Shown: positions 11,272-23,172, counted from the first letter of the stretch. The stretch is DNA of 27,904 nt from Tubiluchus corallicola (GCA_030141605.1 JAQGDQ010001725.1:1-27904), one strand, 5' to 3'. The notes: generated by a model from the letters alone, not told the origin. Numbers and translations: made by a program.

Positions 11272-11460
11272 CTCCGCATTTTAGCCCACAAAGTTCCTTT
11301 GTTTCAAAATTATTGACACCGGGCCTGCAACCGCCATATGTGAACGTTTCACACGTCGATGTTTCACCATTGTAATAATATTTTTTGAAGCTTCCTTTAC
11401 AATGGCCTGGGTCAGGTGGTGCATTGCAGTCAGGGTTACTACTTGGCGTACCTTCAATAC
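11272..11460 (-). CDS. Gene B exon 2: Kunitz/BPTI protease-inhibitor domain
   Basis: Acceptor ttattacacag|, 189 nt, phase 1-1, donor G|gttagc. Translates (G)IEGTPSSNPDCNAPPDPGHCKGSFKKYYYNGETSTCETFTYGGCRPGVNNFETKELCGLKCG, with canonical C-8-C-15-C-7-C-12-C-3-C spacing, FxYGGC and NNF motifs, and P1 = Lys. Confidence 0.95.
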
Positions 11461-11524
11461 CTGTGTAATAAGCAAACTGATGAAGCTTGTAACTTTCTTT
11501 ACCATGAATATTATTTCAATCATT

Positions 11525-12251
<727 letters not shown>

Positions 12252-13034
12252 GATGACCCCTCATGTAGCTGCAACAGATCGAAAAGAGAGACATGTCCAT
12301 AATTTTTTGAGTGTTCAAACTATGACATACACAGAACACTATTATTAGATCAGCTCTGTTATGTATCATCGACACATAACTCAAGAATTACACGCTAGAC
12401 CTGCTATTATTTACAACGACATTTTTCCTAAACTCAGATCAGGTCATCCATCCAGTGCCATTCTCTTCAAATTGTTGCAGAACTACATAAGGTCTACTAA
12501 ACGTTTTGCTGATTGATTGTACGCGTAATTGTATATTGAAATGTAACGTGAATTATTTTAAATTTTGAGCTTTTGAATTAAACACCAGTTATTGAGCAAT
12601 CATATTTTTGTATAACTAATAGGATGATGTACAATGATAATTGTTTCTAGTATCGCTTCTGTACTCTTTGTATATTTCAATTTTATGTATTAACTAATGA
12701 ATTACTTGTACTTTTGACTAAGTATCTATGTAACTATATTGTTGATAACCAGTTGTATATATCTGTTCTCAACTAAAATGTATTTGTTGCAGTGGATAAA
12801 CTCCGATCAGTAATTGTTACTGTATGTCAATCCATTTAAAATAAATAAAGTTCTATTAATATAAAACTTTATAAATAAGGCAGAAATCCTGGCACATTTT
12901 TGTATAGACAAACAGCAACATGCCACTTGCTTTATCAACGCCTTTCAAACAGCTAAGCATAATGCAAAGTAAGATAACCTTGTGTGGAAATCTTTATTCT
13001 GACACACTTTAGAATGCCTTGTTCTTTCCATTAA

Positions 13035-13747
13035 AGCTACGACTCCGCGTGCGCGTAATGCGTGCTGCGTGGCCAGTGACCCGTAATGCATGACGCGTAT
13101 TGACTGTTTCCATGTGTCTGTAAACGCTATGTGTCTTAGCAAAAGCTCACGGCGCTCTTTCAGCCATTTTTGCGTGAAAATTGGTGAAAATTCGCGAAAA
13201 TTGCAAGCAATAAATTTCGTACCATGTCTCTGTCGAAATTTAATCGTGATAATTACTGCTGAGGCATTAGCTCATTATTGTACTATCAGATGGAAATATT
13301 CAAATGAATGCACAGGTTCTAGGTGCACAACATTTAGCAGGGGAGAGAACAGTATCGATAAATTTTAATGAAACAACAGCAGTTAGATGCACTTAAATGA
13401 CTACATAACCTCTCAAAAACTCAAATAGAAAAATATTATAGTTTAATGTTTATGGGTCCTAAAGTGGCCAAAACTCACATAACTAGAATTTTCAGAAAGC
13501 TAAACAGTGAAAATGGTCACCGGAAACTTGAAAACTTACTATAATCACCTAGGCAACGGCGCGAACGATAGTGATCGCGTTGTAATGCCTACGTAGTAAT
13601 GAATACGGATCACGCATGGCACATTACGCGTTACGTGCACATGCAAACACTTCCACATATTTAAGTACAAATACAGCAAATCCTGTTGTATACACGTTAC
13701 GGATCACGCACATACACCACGCATTACGTACGCATGGAGTCGTACTA
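13035..13747. mobile_element. TTAA-flanked MITE (Kolobok-like)
   Basis: ttaa|agctacgactccgcgtgcgcgtaatgcgt ... acgcattacgtacgcatggagtcgtacta|ttaa, a ~30-bp imperfect TIR. Lacks the CCC ends of piggyBac. Confidence 0.75.
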
Positions 13748-13995
13748 TTAAGGTGGCAAACTATAAAACAAATTGGGGATTTATCGGGCCAACAATACGT
13801 ACGCATTATATGTACGCATATATATGTACGCATGGAGTTGTACTTTTAAGGTGGCAAACTATAAAACAAAATGGGGATTTATCGGGCCAACAATTCGTAC
13901 GCATTATACATACGCATATATACATACGCATGGAGTTGTACTTTTAAGGTGGCAAACTATAAAACAAAATGCGGATTTATGGGGCCAGCAATACA
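13720..13995. repeat. ~3 x 98-bp tandem repeat of the MITE right end plus flank
   Basis: catggagt recurs at 13733, 13831 and 13929. Confidence 0.92.
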
Positions 13996-14595
13996 AACAT
14001 CAAAATGGCACTTCGTTTAAAGAACATGTGAATGTTGATGTCAAACTAATAACTATTGAAATGTTATGCAACAGATGAATAGGAACCGTTGTTCTAGTGC
14101 ATCAAAGTGTCACATTCCATATGACACATTAACGAGGCTTTGCGTTACAAAGCATTGGCAATAAAATTCTTCGAGCTTCAAACTTACATTACATACATAA
14201 ACAATGAATAAATAATCAAATAATCAAAATTCTTATTACAGGGATGAGAATGACAAATTGCAAAAAACTCTGAAGCAGGCCAGGGGGTTGGGGCCGCCCC
14301 CAATGTGGTTCAAGGGGCGAAACCCCATTTGAAGCCAGTAACAAATTGCAATTTTGTGACCATAAAGAGCCTCTAAGTGGACTTAAAATATCAATTACCT
14401 TGTTTCATGCATAATTTAAAATACCCAACTATCAAGGATACATGATACCTAATTGTCTCAAAAACGCCTAAGTACGGACCGCTCCTATGCAAAGTACATA
14501 AAAACTGTCTGCAATTGGCTCACACGAAACCAAATATAAAATAAAATTGAATTGAATTGAATTACATACATAAGCAGTGAAATGATAGTTCAGAT

Positions 14596-15045
14596 AATCA
14601 AAACTCTTATTAGACCTCAGGTAGAATATGCAAATGTTGTTTGGGGAGCAAGGTTTATAGGAGATGCTCAACTCATAGAAAATGTGCAACGAAGGTCTAT
14701 CAAGCTGGTTCCATCATTTAGTGACTTGGATTAGACAGAAAGACTAAGAAAATGAACCATTCCATCTTTACAATATAGACGCCAATGAAGTGACATGATT
14801 GAGGTTTTTAGAATTATCAATGAAATTGACGTTTTGAACGAGGATTCCTTCTACCTTGAGCAATTCAGCAATTACTAGAGGAGGTCGTACTTGTAAATTC
14901 TACAAACCCAGAACCAGACGGGATGTAGGGAAGAACGCCTTCAGCAGCCGAGCTGTCAACAGCTGCAATGATTTAAGCAACAAAACTATAGCATCTAACT
15001 CAATAATGAATTCAAAAGAAATTTAGAACATGAGTGGAATCATAA
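14596..15045 (+). mobile_element. Decayed CR1-clade LINE ORF2 3' end
   Basis: LIRPQVEYANVVW...IENVQRRSIKLVP...LQYRR..DMIEVFRII...FSSRAVN, with several in-frame stops and frameshifts. Confidence 0.88.
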
Positions 15046-15055
15046 TAAATTCCCT

Positions 15056-15320
15056 TTTGGCTGTTGTGCGCATGCGACCATGCGCACATGTCTGAGCCCA
15101 GGTAGAGAAAGTACTGTCGCTCACACAGTTTGTTGTCGGTTGTCATGCGCTTACCGTGAATGGATCAAGCTTGAACTTCGACGATAGGCTTTTAGTAAGC
15201 AAAAAATATTTTTTGTTGTAGGATTTTATCAAGTTCATGCTCTCGTGTGTTTGTTTGTTACAATTGCAAATTACAACATTAAATTACACATGTGTGAAAG
15301 TTGTAACTGTATATTTTAGG
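15056..15320 (+). repeat. Dispersed ~270-bp repeat with terminal GC hairpin, copy 2
   Basis: Homologous to the reverse complement of 961-1229; carries the tgtgcgcatg-N4-catgcgcaca palindrome. Confidence 0.75.
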
Positions 15321-15430
15321 TGCTGCCATCTATTGATTAGTTACTTTAACATTTACTAGTTCAATTCACCCCTTATCACCATTGTACAGTCCAGTGAATA
15401 TTCAAACTCTCTGTATCTCCCCTATTTTAC

Positions 15431-15645
15431 TGTAATGGGATATGTGAAGCCACGTTTTTGCATAGTTCTTTACATATATAAACTGGCTCGATTCCACTTC
15501 TAGCCACTGTCTACTTATTCGTGATCACTGCAGGACACTCTGTTCCTCAGTGTAGCAGTCATGTTACATATAACTATGTAGTTCAATAAAAGTGTTTTAG
15601 TTTTGTTGCAAACATGTAATCTGGTGTTTAGTTGTTTCTACTACA
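15431..15645 (+). mobile_element. Possible short solo LTR
   Basis: TGTA...TACA ends, TATATAAA near 15475 and AATAAA near 15585. No TSD. Confidence 0.35.
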
Positions 15646-15828
15646 AGTGTTCAATTTCGACTTCACAAATAACTTTCACAACATGTTTGTTTCGTTTTAC
15701 ACAGTATTAAAACAATGGCAAAAAATTTTCTGAAGCAGCCCCTCCCCACTAATATTAATTACGAGCCGCCACTGGTAAAAGATTTCGTTTAACAGCGTGC
15801 AGAATAGAGAACCAATAACCTAACCCAC

Positions 15829-15889
15829 CTGACACAATCACAGCAACAACGACAAGACCTTCCAAGAACCAGGTCTTCAACTGACGCAT
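15829..15889 (-). CDS. Gene B coding exon 1: start codon and signal peptide (MRQLKTWFLEGLVVVAVIVS-G)
   Basis: ATG at 15889, then a basic N-region and hydrophobic LVVVAVIV core. Phase-1 donor G|gtgggt at 15828 joins the Kunitz exon to give ...IVSGIEG/TPSSNPDC, a plausible signal-peptidase site. Confidence 0.8.
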
Positions 15890-16904
15890 ACTATCTTGCT
15901 AAATCAATATTTTCCTCTCTGCGTTTCATTAATGTGGTTCTTTTCTGTAGATTCTTTAGCGTCTAGTTCTGATTTAATAATCACGTGACTGCTTTCATTG
16001 TTCAGGCGACTTTAAGCAAATGAAAAAGAAGACCTCAACATTCTAAACGTGGAACGAAACTGTAAACGTTTGAAATTTTGAAGGGTAAAGGTCTTTACCT
16101 AGGTCGTTACTAGGAAATTCCAAACAAAGTCTATTGGCATTGTTACCGTTTGTTATTGTTATTCTGTTTTATCATTCTGATTATTCAGAAGAAACTGCTC
16201 TTCACGGATGCATGGCAACACAACAGCATTGGTCAATATAACACTTTTTTGAAATGATAACACCGCTAAATTCACGATAAAGGTTACGAACTTTATGAAA
16301 TCCAGTTAGAATGAAGTCTAATAAGAAAATAACTGTTAGAAAGACACGTAATTGGAAAAAAAACTTTCGAATAAGTTACAATGTTCATGCCAACAGGCAT
16401 GACGTCACTGTACCACCATATTTCAAGAGGAATTTTTAAGCTTCGCTTATGAAGAATATTTTCTTGTCCTTTAAGTTAGAAAGTAAGCTATTTGAAATGC
16501 ATAACGTGACAAGTAAATTTATTTATTTACACTAGTTATGTAAAGATTCAGTTTTAGTTATAAAATAATGCATCTATATATTTAGAGATATATACTGTAC
16601 AAAATCAATGCTGTACAATGCTGTACAATTCACATATTTGCTTTAATCATAACGATATTATCAATCATTGTATTGATCAGTGAAAAACACCATTTCATTT
16701 CTCATCAACTGCTACAACAGTTTCTCTCAAAGTTGTATCCATCACAAAATGCATTACTGCCAAGTTCGTTGTGCCCTATTATATCTTTCAAAGTTAGTCA
16801 GTGTCACGTGATCACTTTCTTACTTGTGTGGGCATTCGCCATCTTTTATTGTAGTGCTTCACGTTTGTGTCCTGTAAGAATCAATTCCATTGGTTGGTTG
16901 CTTA

Positions 16905-17276
16905 AAATAATAAGCCTATAACGGCTTCTGTGACAATGATGTTGGTTCAGCTGCAGAAAATTGACTGGTTTTGACAGAAAATGGCATTTTTTCACCGGCT
17001 AAGAGAAGCGCTGGTACGTCATCAATTTTAGTTCTTTTGCCGCTGGTAGATGGCGCATTCCTGAGCTTATTTGGACGAGAAGATGAGTTCAAATAATAAG
17101 CCTATTACCGCTTCTGTAACAATGGTCTTGGTCCAGCTGCAGAAATTTGACCGGTTTTCACAGAAAATGGCGACTTTTCACCGGCTATGAGAAGTACTGG
17201 TACGTCATCACCTTTAGTTCTTTTGCCGCTGATAGATGGCGTATTCCTGAGCTTATTTGGACGAGAAGATGAGTTT
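16905..17276. repeat. 2 x 186-bp tandem duplication covering the end of the gene A CDS
   Basis: taagccta recurs at 16911 and 17097; the copies align throughout with substitutions only. Confidence 0.92.
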
Positions 17277-17482
17277 AGGCTCCACTCTGGATCACTCGTA
17301 AACTTTTGCCGAGTAAAATTCACTTGTTTTGAAGAGAGAGGTCGAACAGGTAGAAGTGTCGTATTCAGAAAAGGGGTCATCTCGACATGGATGACCTCAC
17401 CGGTGGTCGACTCTTGTGGTACACGCTCCTTGTCTGGCTCTTTCTCCTGGGGTTTATTCAAGGTGGCGGACGTCACCTCATT
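17105..17482 (-). CDS. Gene A probable last coding exon (NEVTSATLNKPQ...PLLQKR*)
   Basis: Acceptor attttcag| in phase 0, open for 125 codons to TAA TAG. The joined CDS is 1065 nt (354 aa), S/T/K/R/P-rich, with no domain recognised. Confidence 0.7.
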   Translation of the reverse strand, partial: NEVTSATLNKPQEKEPDKERVPQESTTGEVIHVEMTPFLNTTLLPVRPLSSKQVNFTRQKFTSDPEWSLNSSSRPNKLRNTPSISGKRTKGDDVPVLLIAGEKSPFSVKTGQISAAGPRPLLQKR

Positions 17483-17858
17483 CTGAAAATTTTAATCACA
17501 AATAACATAGGAAACCTCACATAGTTCCATAACTGATAATTTCATAACAAAATTCTTGATTATAAATTTTGATAATACTTGTTTATGAAATGAATTTGAC
17601 AATAAATTGTTAGCAAATAGTTCGATAACAAAGTTGTGACCTTTTTGTCAAGAAACCAGGAAACATCAATGTCAAACTAAGTAGTGACAATAACGAAGTA
17701 GCTAGACGAATTCTGTTTTTCTGGATATATAGTTGTTCATATTTCCACCATTTTCATTGTAGTCGCCGTGACATTGTTTGTCTATTCACTGATTACTATG
17801 ACGTAATAAACGGTGATGTGCTGTAACTTTATGGGAGTAATAGTAGAATCACATACAT

Positions 17859-18350
17859 TGTGTGTGTGTGTGTGTGTGTGTTTGCGTGTGCGTGCGTGTG
17901 TCGGTATGTGTGTGCGTGTGCGTGCGTGCGTGCGTGTGTGTATATATGTTCATGCATGTGTATAGGGTCTACATATATACTGAATTGTATTGTGTTGTAT
18001 TATATTGCATTATATTGTATATGTCTTGTCCAAATTGTGTATGTACATATATACATATATATATGTACATACATATATATATATATATACATGTATGTAT
18101 ATATGTACATGTATATATGTATGTATATATGTATACATGTATGTATATATGTACATGTATATATATATACAAACATAGACAATACAACACAGTACAACAT
18201 CTACATATACATATGCAATACAATGTAGCGCAATGCAACGTAACGCAACGCAACGCAACGTAGCACAACACAGCACAATACAATACAATGCCAGCAACAC
18301 AATACATACAAAAAGACACGATATGACAGGACAGGATACGACAGCAACGC
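17859..18350. repeat. Compound microsatellite: (TG)n/(TGCG)n, RY-alternating TA/CA tract and pentamer repeats
   Basis: Direct reading of the sequence. Confidence 0.95.
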
Positions 18351-18694
18351 AGTACATTAAAATAATACACCACGGTGCAATATACTAAGACAATAGACTT
18401 CGGATTTAAGATGTAAATTGTTTTATTTCGCTTACGTGGAAGAAAGCACAGAATATAACATACAACAAGTACCAAAAATGCGAGGGCAACGTTCTTTCAT
18501 TAGATCCTCTAAATATCCCCCCTTATCGGATGATTAAAAAATATAGAATGGTTGGTTAAAAAACACGAAACAGAACTCAAATTTATGCGAGATATTAGAA
18601 TTCAGCTAAACTGAAGTAAAGAAATTGAAATTTAAATAATTGGTTTGGATCGTCATATAAAAACTTTTTGAATAAGAACAATAAACAATACATC

Positions 18695-19015
18695 TATAGG
18701 AAGATTTTTCATATGCTACCCCATTTTCAAATCCGATAAAAAGTATGCATTTTAACGCAATTAATACAGCAAAAGCGTTTCTGATAATTAAATAATGAAT
18801 TAAAAACTTAATTAACGCCCAGCGAGCCCAACTATTGACGTCACCACATACTATCATAACTTTTAACATCAAAAATATTCCACGAGCGTGTTGCACGTGT
18901 TTGTGAAAGCGAAAATTGAAGTACAGTGCTACTGTAAGATATTGTCAGTGTGTTGTACTAAAACTAGTCGAGTTCTAAAACAAAAATTCAAATTTCGCAT
19001 GAGCTGTCGAACGTG
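18695..19015 (-). mobile_element. Dispersed repeat family X, partial copy 1
   Basis: Aligns directly with 21584-21895 and, inverted, with 26790-27118 (e.g. aaagcgaaaattgaagt.cagt, tgttgtactaaaactag). Confidence 0.88.
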
Positions 19016-19069
19016 GGTAGTTTTGACTTGCAGTTTAGGATTGGTTCCGATTTTGCTCTAAATACTTAC

Positions 19070-19223
19070 ACTTTGGTTTGATGGCAGTTCTGTGCCGGTG
19101 TTTCTTGCACCTGGAGATGGAGTCTGAGGTTTTAAACTTGCTTCTGTAAGCTGCTGTAACGTGGAAGTCGACTTAGCTGACCTCAGAGGAAGCTCTTTTC
19201 TTCCCAATGCTGTCCTTGATGAT
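19070..19223 (-). CDS. Gene A exon 2 (SSRTALGRKELPLRSAKSTSTLQQLTEASLKPQTPSPGARNTGTELPSNQS)
   Basis: Acceptor ctttctcttcag|, donor |gtaagt, 154 nt. Open in phase 2 to phase 0, which exactly bridges exons 1 and 3. Confidence 0.75.
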
Positions 19224-19398
19224 CTGAAGAGAAAGTTGATCAGATTGGTCTGTACATCATGTTGTCAACTTAGTTGTTTACAGCTGACGTAATGACTACG
19301 TTAGCCCTTCTGAAGCCAGTACCAAAACACATTAGTCAGTCTGAATAAATATAGATTAATAAATAGATAGATAATTAAAATTTTAATAGGAAAAATAA

Positions 19399-19433
19399 AG
19401 TCAGTCAGTCAGTCAGTCCACCGGTCCGTCGGT

Positions 19434-19465
<32 letters not shown>

Positions 19466-19975
19466 CAGTCAGTCAGTCAGTCAGTCAGTCAGTCAGTCAG
19501 TCAGTCAGTCAGTCAGTCAGTCAGTCAGTCAGTCAGTCAGTCAGTCAGTCAGTCAGTCAGTCAGTCAGTAGTCAGTAGTCAGTAGTCAGTAGTCAGTAGT
19601 CAGTAGTCAGTAGTCAGTCAGTCAGTCAGTCAGTCAGTCAGTCAGTCAGTCAGTCAGTCAGTCAGTCAGTCAGTCAGCAAGTAAGTAAACAAGCAAGCAA
19701 ACAAGTAAGTAAGTAAGTAAATAAGTAAGTACTAAGTAAGTAAGTAAGTAGGTAGGCAGGCAGGCAGGCAGGCAAGTAGGCATGCAGGCAGGCTAGCAGC
19801 CACGCAGGCAGGCAGGCAAGCAGACAGCAGACAGGTAGGCGGGCAGGCAGGGAGGGATGTAGGTAAATAGGCAGGTAGGAAGGGTAGGTAGCTAGATATG
19901 TAAGTAAGTAAGTAAGTTAGTAAACAAATAAATAAATAAATAAATAAACAAATGAATAAATAAATAAACAAATTG
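19399..19975. repeat. Compound tetranucleotide microsatellite (GTCA)n-(GTCAGTA)n-(GTCA)n-(GTAA)n-(GGCA)n-(TAAA)n
   Basis: Direct reading of the sequence. Confidence 0.97.
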
Positions 19976-20677
19976 ATTTTCATAACAGTCTTCACTCACT
20001 TTTAGACTAATTATGTGTGGCAAACCGAGGCTAAAGCCCAGAATACAGAGAACATAAGCAAAAGCTTAAAACTTATATACCAGAATTAAGAGGAAACCTA
20101 CGAAAGGTTTTGTCAATTATTAGTATGAACTTTACGTTGTAAATACATAAAAACTAACAATCCAAACACTCAATGTACCTAAACATCCCTAGCTGTCATT
20201 ACTGTATCCATACAATATTGACCAACAACGTGCCTTGAATACTAAATGGCTTGAGGCGCCAACAGTACCTGGTTTATTATCAAGGTTATGCGTCTAACAT
20301 GAGATACTGAACTGACAGAGGTGGTGGTCTAGTCACTTTCAAATGTAAATAAATCCTTCTGTACTAGGTAAAATGTCAGAATTAGCACGACGAATAAAAC
20401 TCCCCAGAACGAGCATTGAACCCAGGCTGTTTCAAATCATCAAGTTAAACCTACCCAGCTCTAAGGCTGCTGTTGAGTTGAGGTACCAATTCAGTCAGCT
20501 GTAGTATTTTTGACTGGTCCGGCGGTTTTTCTTTTAAGTTTTTCAAGTACGTCCAAGAACTGAAAAAAAAACGTAAATATTAATGTTAGATGAATTCAGC
20601 TTTTTCAAATTTTTCAATGTTTCGGTTGTTGCGCATCTTCGTGGCAAAAGCCTTCGGGAAATAAAACCTCAAATTGA

Positions 20678-20725
20678 GAGCCAATCGGGACTCGAACCAC
20701 AAACCTTGCAATAACAAGACAACAT
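20678..20725 (-). pseudogene. 3' half of a tRNA-like sequence (5' half at 21335-21358)
   Basis: The minus strand reads tgtcttgttattgcaaggtttgtGGTTCGAGTCCcg, a perfect B box. An A-box-like gtggctctgattg lies on the far side of the 20726-21334 insertion. Confidence 0.55.
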
Positions 20726-20800
20726 TATATATATATATATATATATATTATGGAGGAGGGGATTTGATATCTACTTTGCCATATACTACTGTACATATAT

Positions 20801-21261
20801 TGGTTGGCATCCATCTGTCTCGGAAGACAACAGAATGTGCGCCAAGAGAGTCTTGAACGTCTGGAGATCCTGAGTTGCCCAGACAACAGGAACCCCCTCT
20901 CTTGCTCCCTGGTGTAGTCCAAAGGAAAGCGGAGCGATGCGTTTGGCACCAGGTTGGCTGCAGGAGCTGCCGGAGTCAGTGAGCATGCTGCACTGGTCCG
21001 CCTTCGGGGCTCCACTCCTGATTTGGAAGGTTTACTCCTCTACACATGGCCGTTGGGTCACTTGACCTCCTCCGTCCTCTAGCCGTTGGCAGCTTGTGCA
21101 GCTCCTCCGCCTAGTGTCGAGATGCAGTGTGGGCATCCCGCAAGCCTACAGCACCTGGTACTCCTAGGCGGTCACCCATCCAAGTACTAACCAGCCTCTA
21201 CGTTGCTTAACTTCGGTGATCAGACGAGAACCGGTGTTTTCAACGTGATTTGGCTGTAGTA
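20801..21261 (-). mobile_element. 5S rRNA-derived SINE (SINE3-like), ~460 bp, GC-rich body
   Basis: A full-length 5S head runs without an oligo-T terminator into a ~340-bp GC-rich body ending gatggatgccaacca. From memory only, the body motifs resemble RTE-associated untranslated sequence. Confidence 0.75.
21142..21261 (-). pseudogene. Full-length 5S rRNA-like sequence (head of the SINE)
   Basis: ctacagcca...tctcgtctgatcaccgaagttaagc...ggttagtacttggatgggtgaccgcct.gga.taccaggtgctgtaggctt. Box A and box C are intact. It is a solitary copy with only TT at the 3' end. Confidence 0.9.
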
Positions 21262-21583
21262 TTGTATATGTATATATATATATATATATGTACAGTAGTA
21301 TATGGCAAAGTAGATATGAAATCTCCTCCTTGTATAATCACAATCAGAGCCACCTATCTACAACTAAATAATTAACGTAATCAAATTACCTGGCATTTAA
21401 TTCAACAATGAATTAATTAATAATTTTAACTGTTGTGTATTCATAAAGCGGTAAGTTTTGTTAATTTTGGCTGATCACAGTTCAAAATCTGTCTTTGATT
21501 TAGCCAGTTTATCCGCGTGGAGGTTTAACTTGCTCTGAATCACTGCAAAATACGAGATTGTGATTAAATCAGAATTCTGGCTG

Positions 21584-22138
21584 CATTTTCAAGTCCGATA
21601 AAAAGTATACATTTTAACGCAGTTAATACTGCAAAAGCGTTTCTGACAATTAGATAATAGATTAAAAACATGATTAATGGCGGGTGAGGCCAACCATTGA
21701 TGACATCACAAACCAGCATGAGTTTCAATAGCAAAAATATTCCGCGAGCGTGTTGTACGTGTTTGCGAAAGCGAAAATTGAAGTTCAGTACCACTGTAAG
21801 GTATATAGTGTGTTGTACTAAAACTAGGCAAGTTTTAAGATAAATATTCAAATTTTAAATTTATCGTTGTGCTCACGTATGAGCTGTCGAACATGTGCAG
21901 TTCGTCACAAACTGGCACACCAGAACTGAGAGGTACAACACCTGTTTTTTTAGCACTGCGTTTTCGAAATGCAGGCGCTAGTGCCGGTCTAACTAGTGAC
22001 TGGCGAAATGCAGGTAACAGCAGAGAATTAGTGACGCGAACGTGAAATTTTGTTTGTGCGGTAATAATTCTTTCACGTAAGTCATTTTTGAAAAATAGTA
22101 TGTTTCTTTTCGATATTTTGAAGAGTAGATTGTTTGAC
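21584..22138 (-). mobile_element. Dispersed repeat family X, copy 2
   Basis: Reverse complement of ~26550-27090 over ~550 bp. Confidence 0.88.
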
Positions 22139-22654
22139 GTCATGTATCAAACATAAACCAGGGGAAGAAAACGAAATGTTAAATTATGTCGAAAGAAAAC
22201 TTTCGATGCAAAACTATATTACTTAGCATTTCTCTTACCTGCTAGAAAGACTTATGTAACTAGAAAAGGAAATTATTAATTATTTAAAATGTTTTCGCCA
22301 ATTGGTAAAATGTCGCTGACTCAGCCTCCAGGGTGCGCCACTCACTAACCAAAAACGTATTTTAATCTTATTGACAAGATACGGTAATTAAAAATTTTAC
22401 TTAGTGACGTGTGCGCTACGAATGCTCTGATTATTTTTTCAAACTTTACAAAATGTTTTCTAAACTTGTTTCCAATGACTTGTCGTGAAAATGGCTGCGC
22501 CTAGCGGTCATCGCGGGAATTTCAATTTACATGTTTTATACAGCGTGACTGCCGATTGAAGTCCTACATGCAAAAAGGCAGTACGTAAGTGATATAAAAT
22601 TTCAAAACGAATTTTTCAAGCTTTATGTTTATGCAGGGTTTTCTTGTGCTTTAA

Positions 22655-23101
22655 CCCTTTCATACCCGTTGTATCCCAGATACCAGAATATATTCTGCCT
22701 TTAAAATTAATAAAATTTTAAAACTGACAGTCATTTGTTAATAGTTATTTTGATTTAAGTCAATAACAATAGACTAAAATGGTGATAAAATGGCAAACCA
22801 GAAAATATATAGTATAAAAAACTGCGCAAGGTACAGTAGTTTAGAGACGACTTTGTACAGATCAGGATAGCATGCATACTAAATGTCTTAAATACTTTAA
22901 AAAATTATCAGCAGTTGCAAAATGAAGCACATTTTATGCTTCCATTGAATCCCTATGTATCCCGTGGGATACAGGCTATATTTAGCACGCGGGCACAGGT
23001 AGAAAAAATAATTATTATGTGTAAACAAGATGGACATACTGAACAAAAGTACAAAGCCAAAATTTTTTTCTTATTAAAAAAATAATTTGGGACTGAAAGG
23101 G
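22655..23101. mobile_element. piggyBac-family MITE (447 bp)
   Basis: ttaa|ccctttcatacc ... gggactgaaaggg|ttaa, showing a TTAA TSD and CCC/GGG termini. Confidence 0.9.
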
Positions 23102-23172
23102 TTAATGAGTTCTGCCATCTTACTGTCCAGAGTGCCAAGCGCCTTGATAGGATTAAACAGGTGCATGCTTAC

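Larger units (their letters stand above)
20751..21332. mobile_element. TA-flanked inverted-repeat element (~50-bp arms) enclosing the 5S-derived SINE
   Basis: 20751-20800 is the near-perfect reverse complement of 21284-21332 (atatatgtacagtagtatatggcaaagtagatat.aaatc). TA or (TA)n lies outside both arms. Confidence 0.75.

Noticed and set aside
11281-11523. 80-aa ORF from the track
   Set aside because: Wrong frame; the real exon here is the Kunitz frame.
12260-12860. Possible second decayed LINE 3' end
   Set aside because: Only an AT-rich UTR-like texture and AATAAA; no convincing peptide motif.
16824-16871. 48-nt AG/GT-bounded candidate exon on the minus strand
   Set aside because: It cannot be joined into an extended frame with either gene; at most a UTR exon or a 3-codon alternative end for gene A.
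17860-18475. Multiple overlapping ORFs
   Set aside because: Translations of microsatellites.
21142-21261. Functional 5S rRNA gene
   Set aside because: Solitary, non-canonical first bases, no oligo-T terminator, and fused to a non-5S body; better read as a SINE head or pseudogene.
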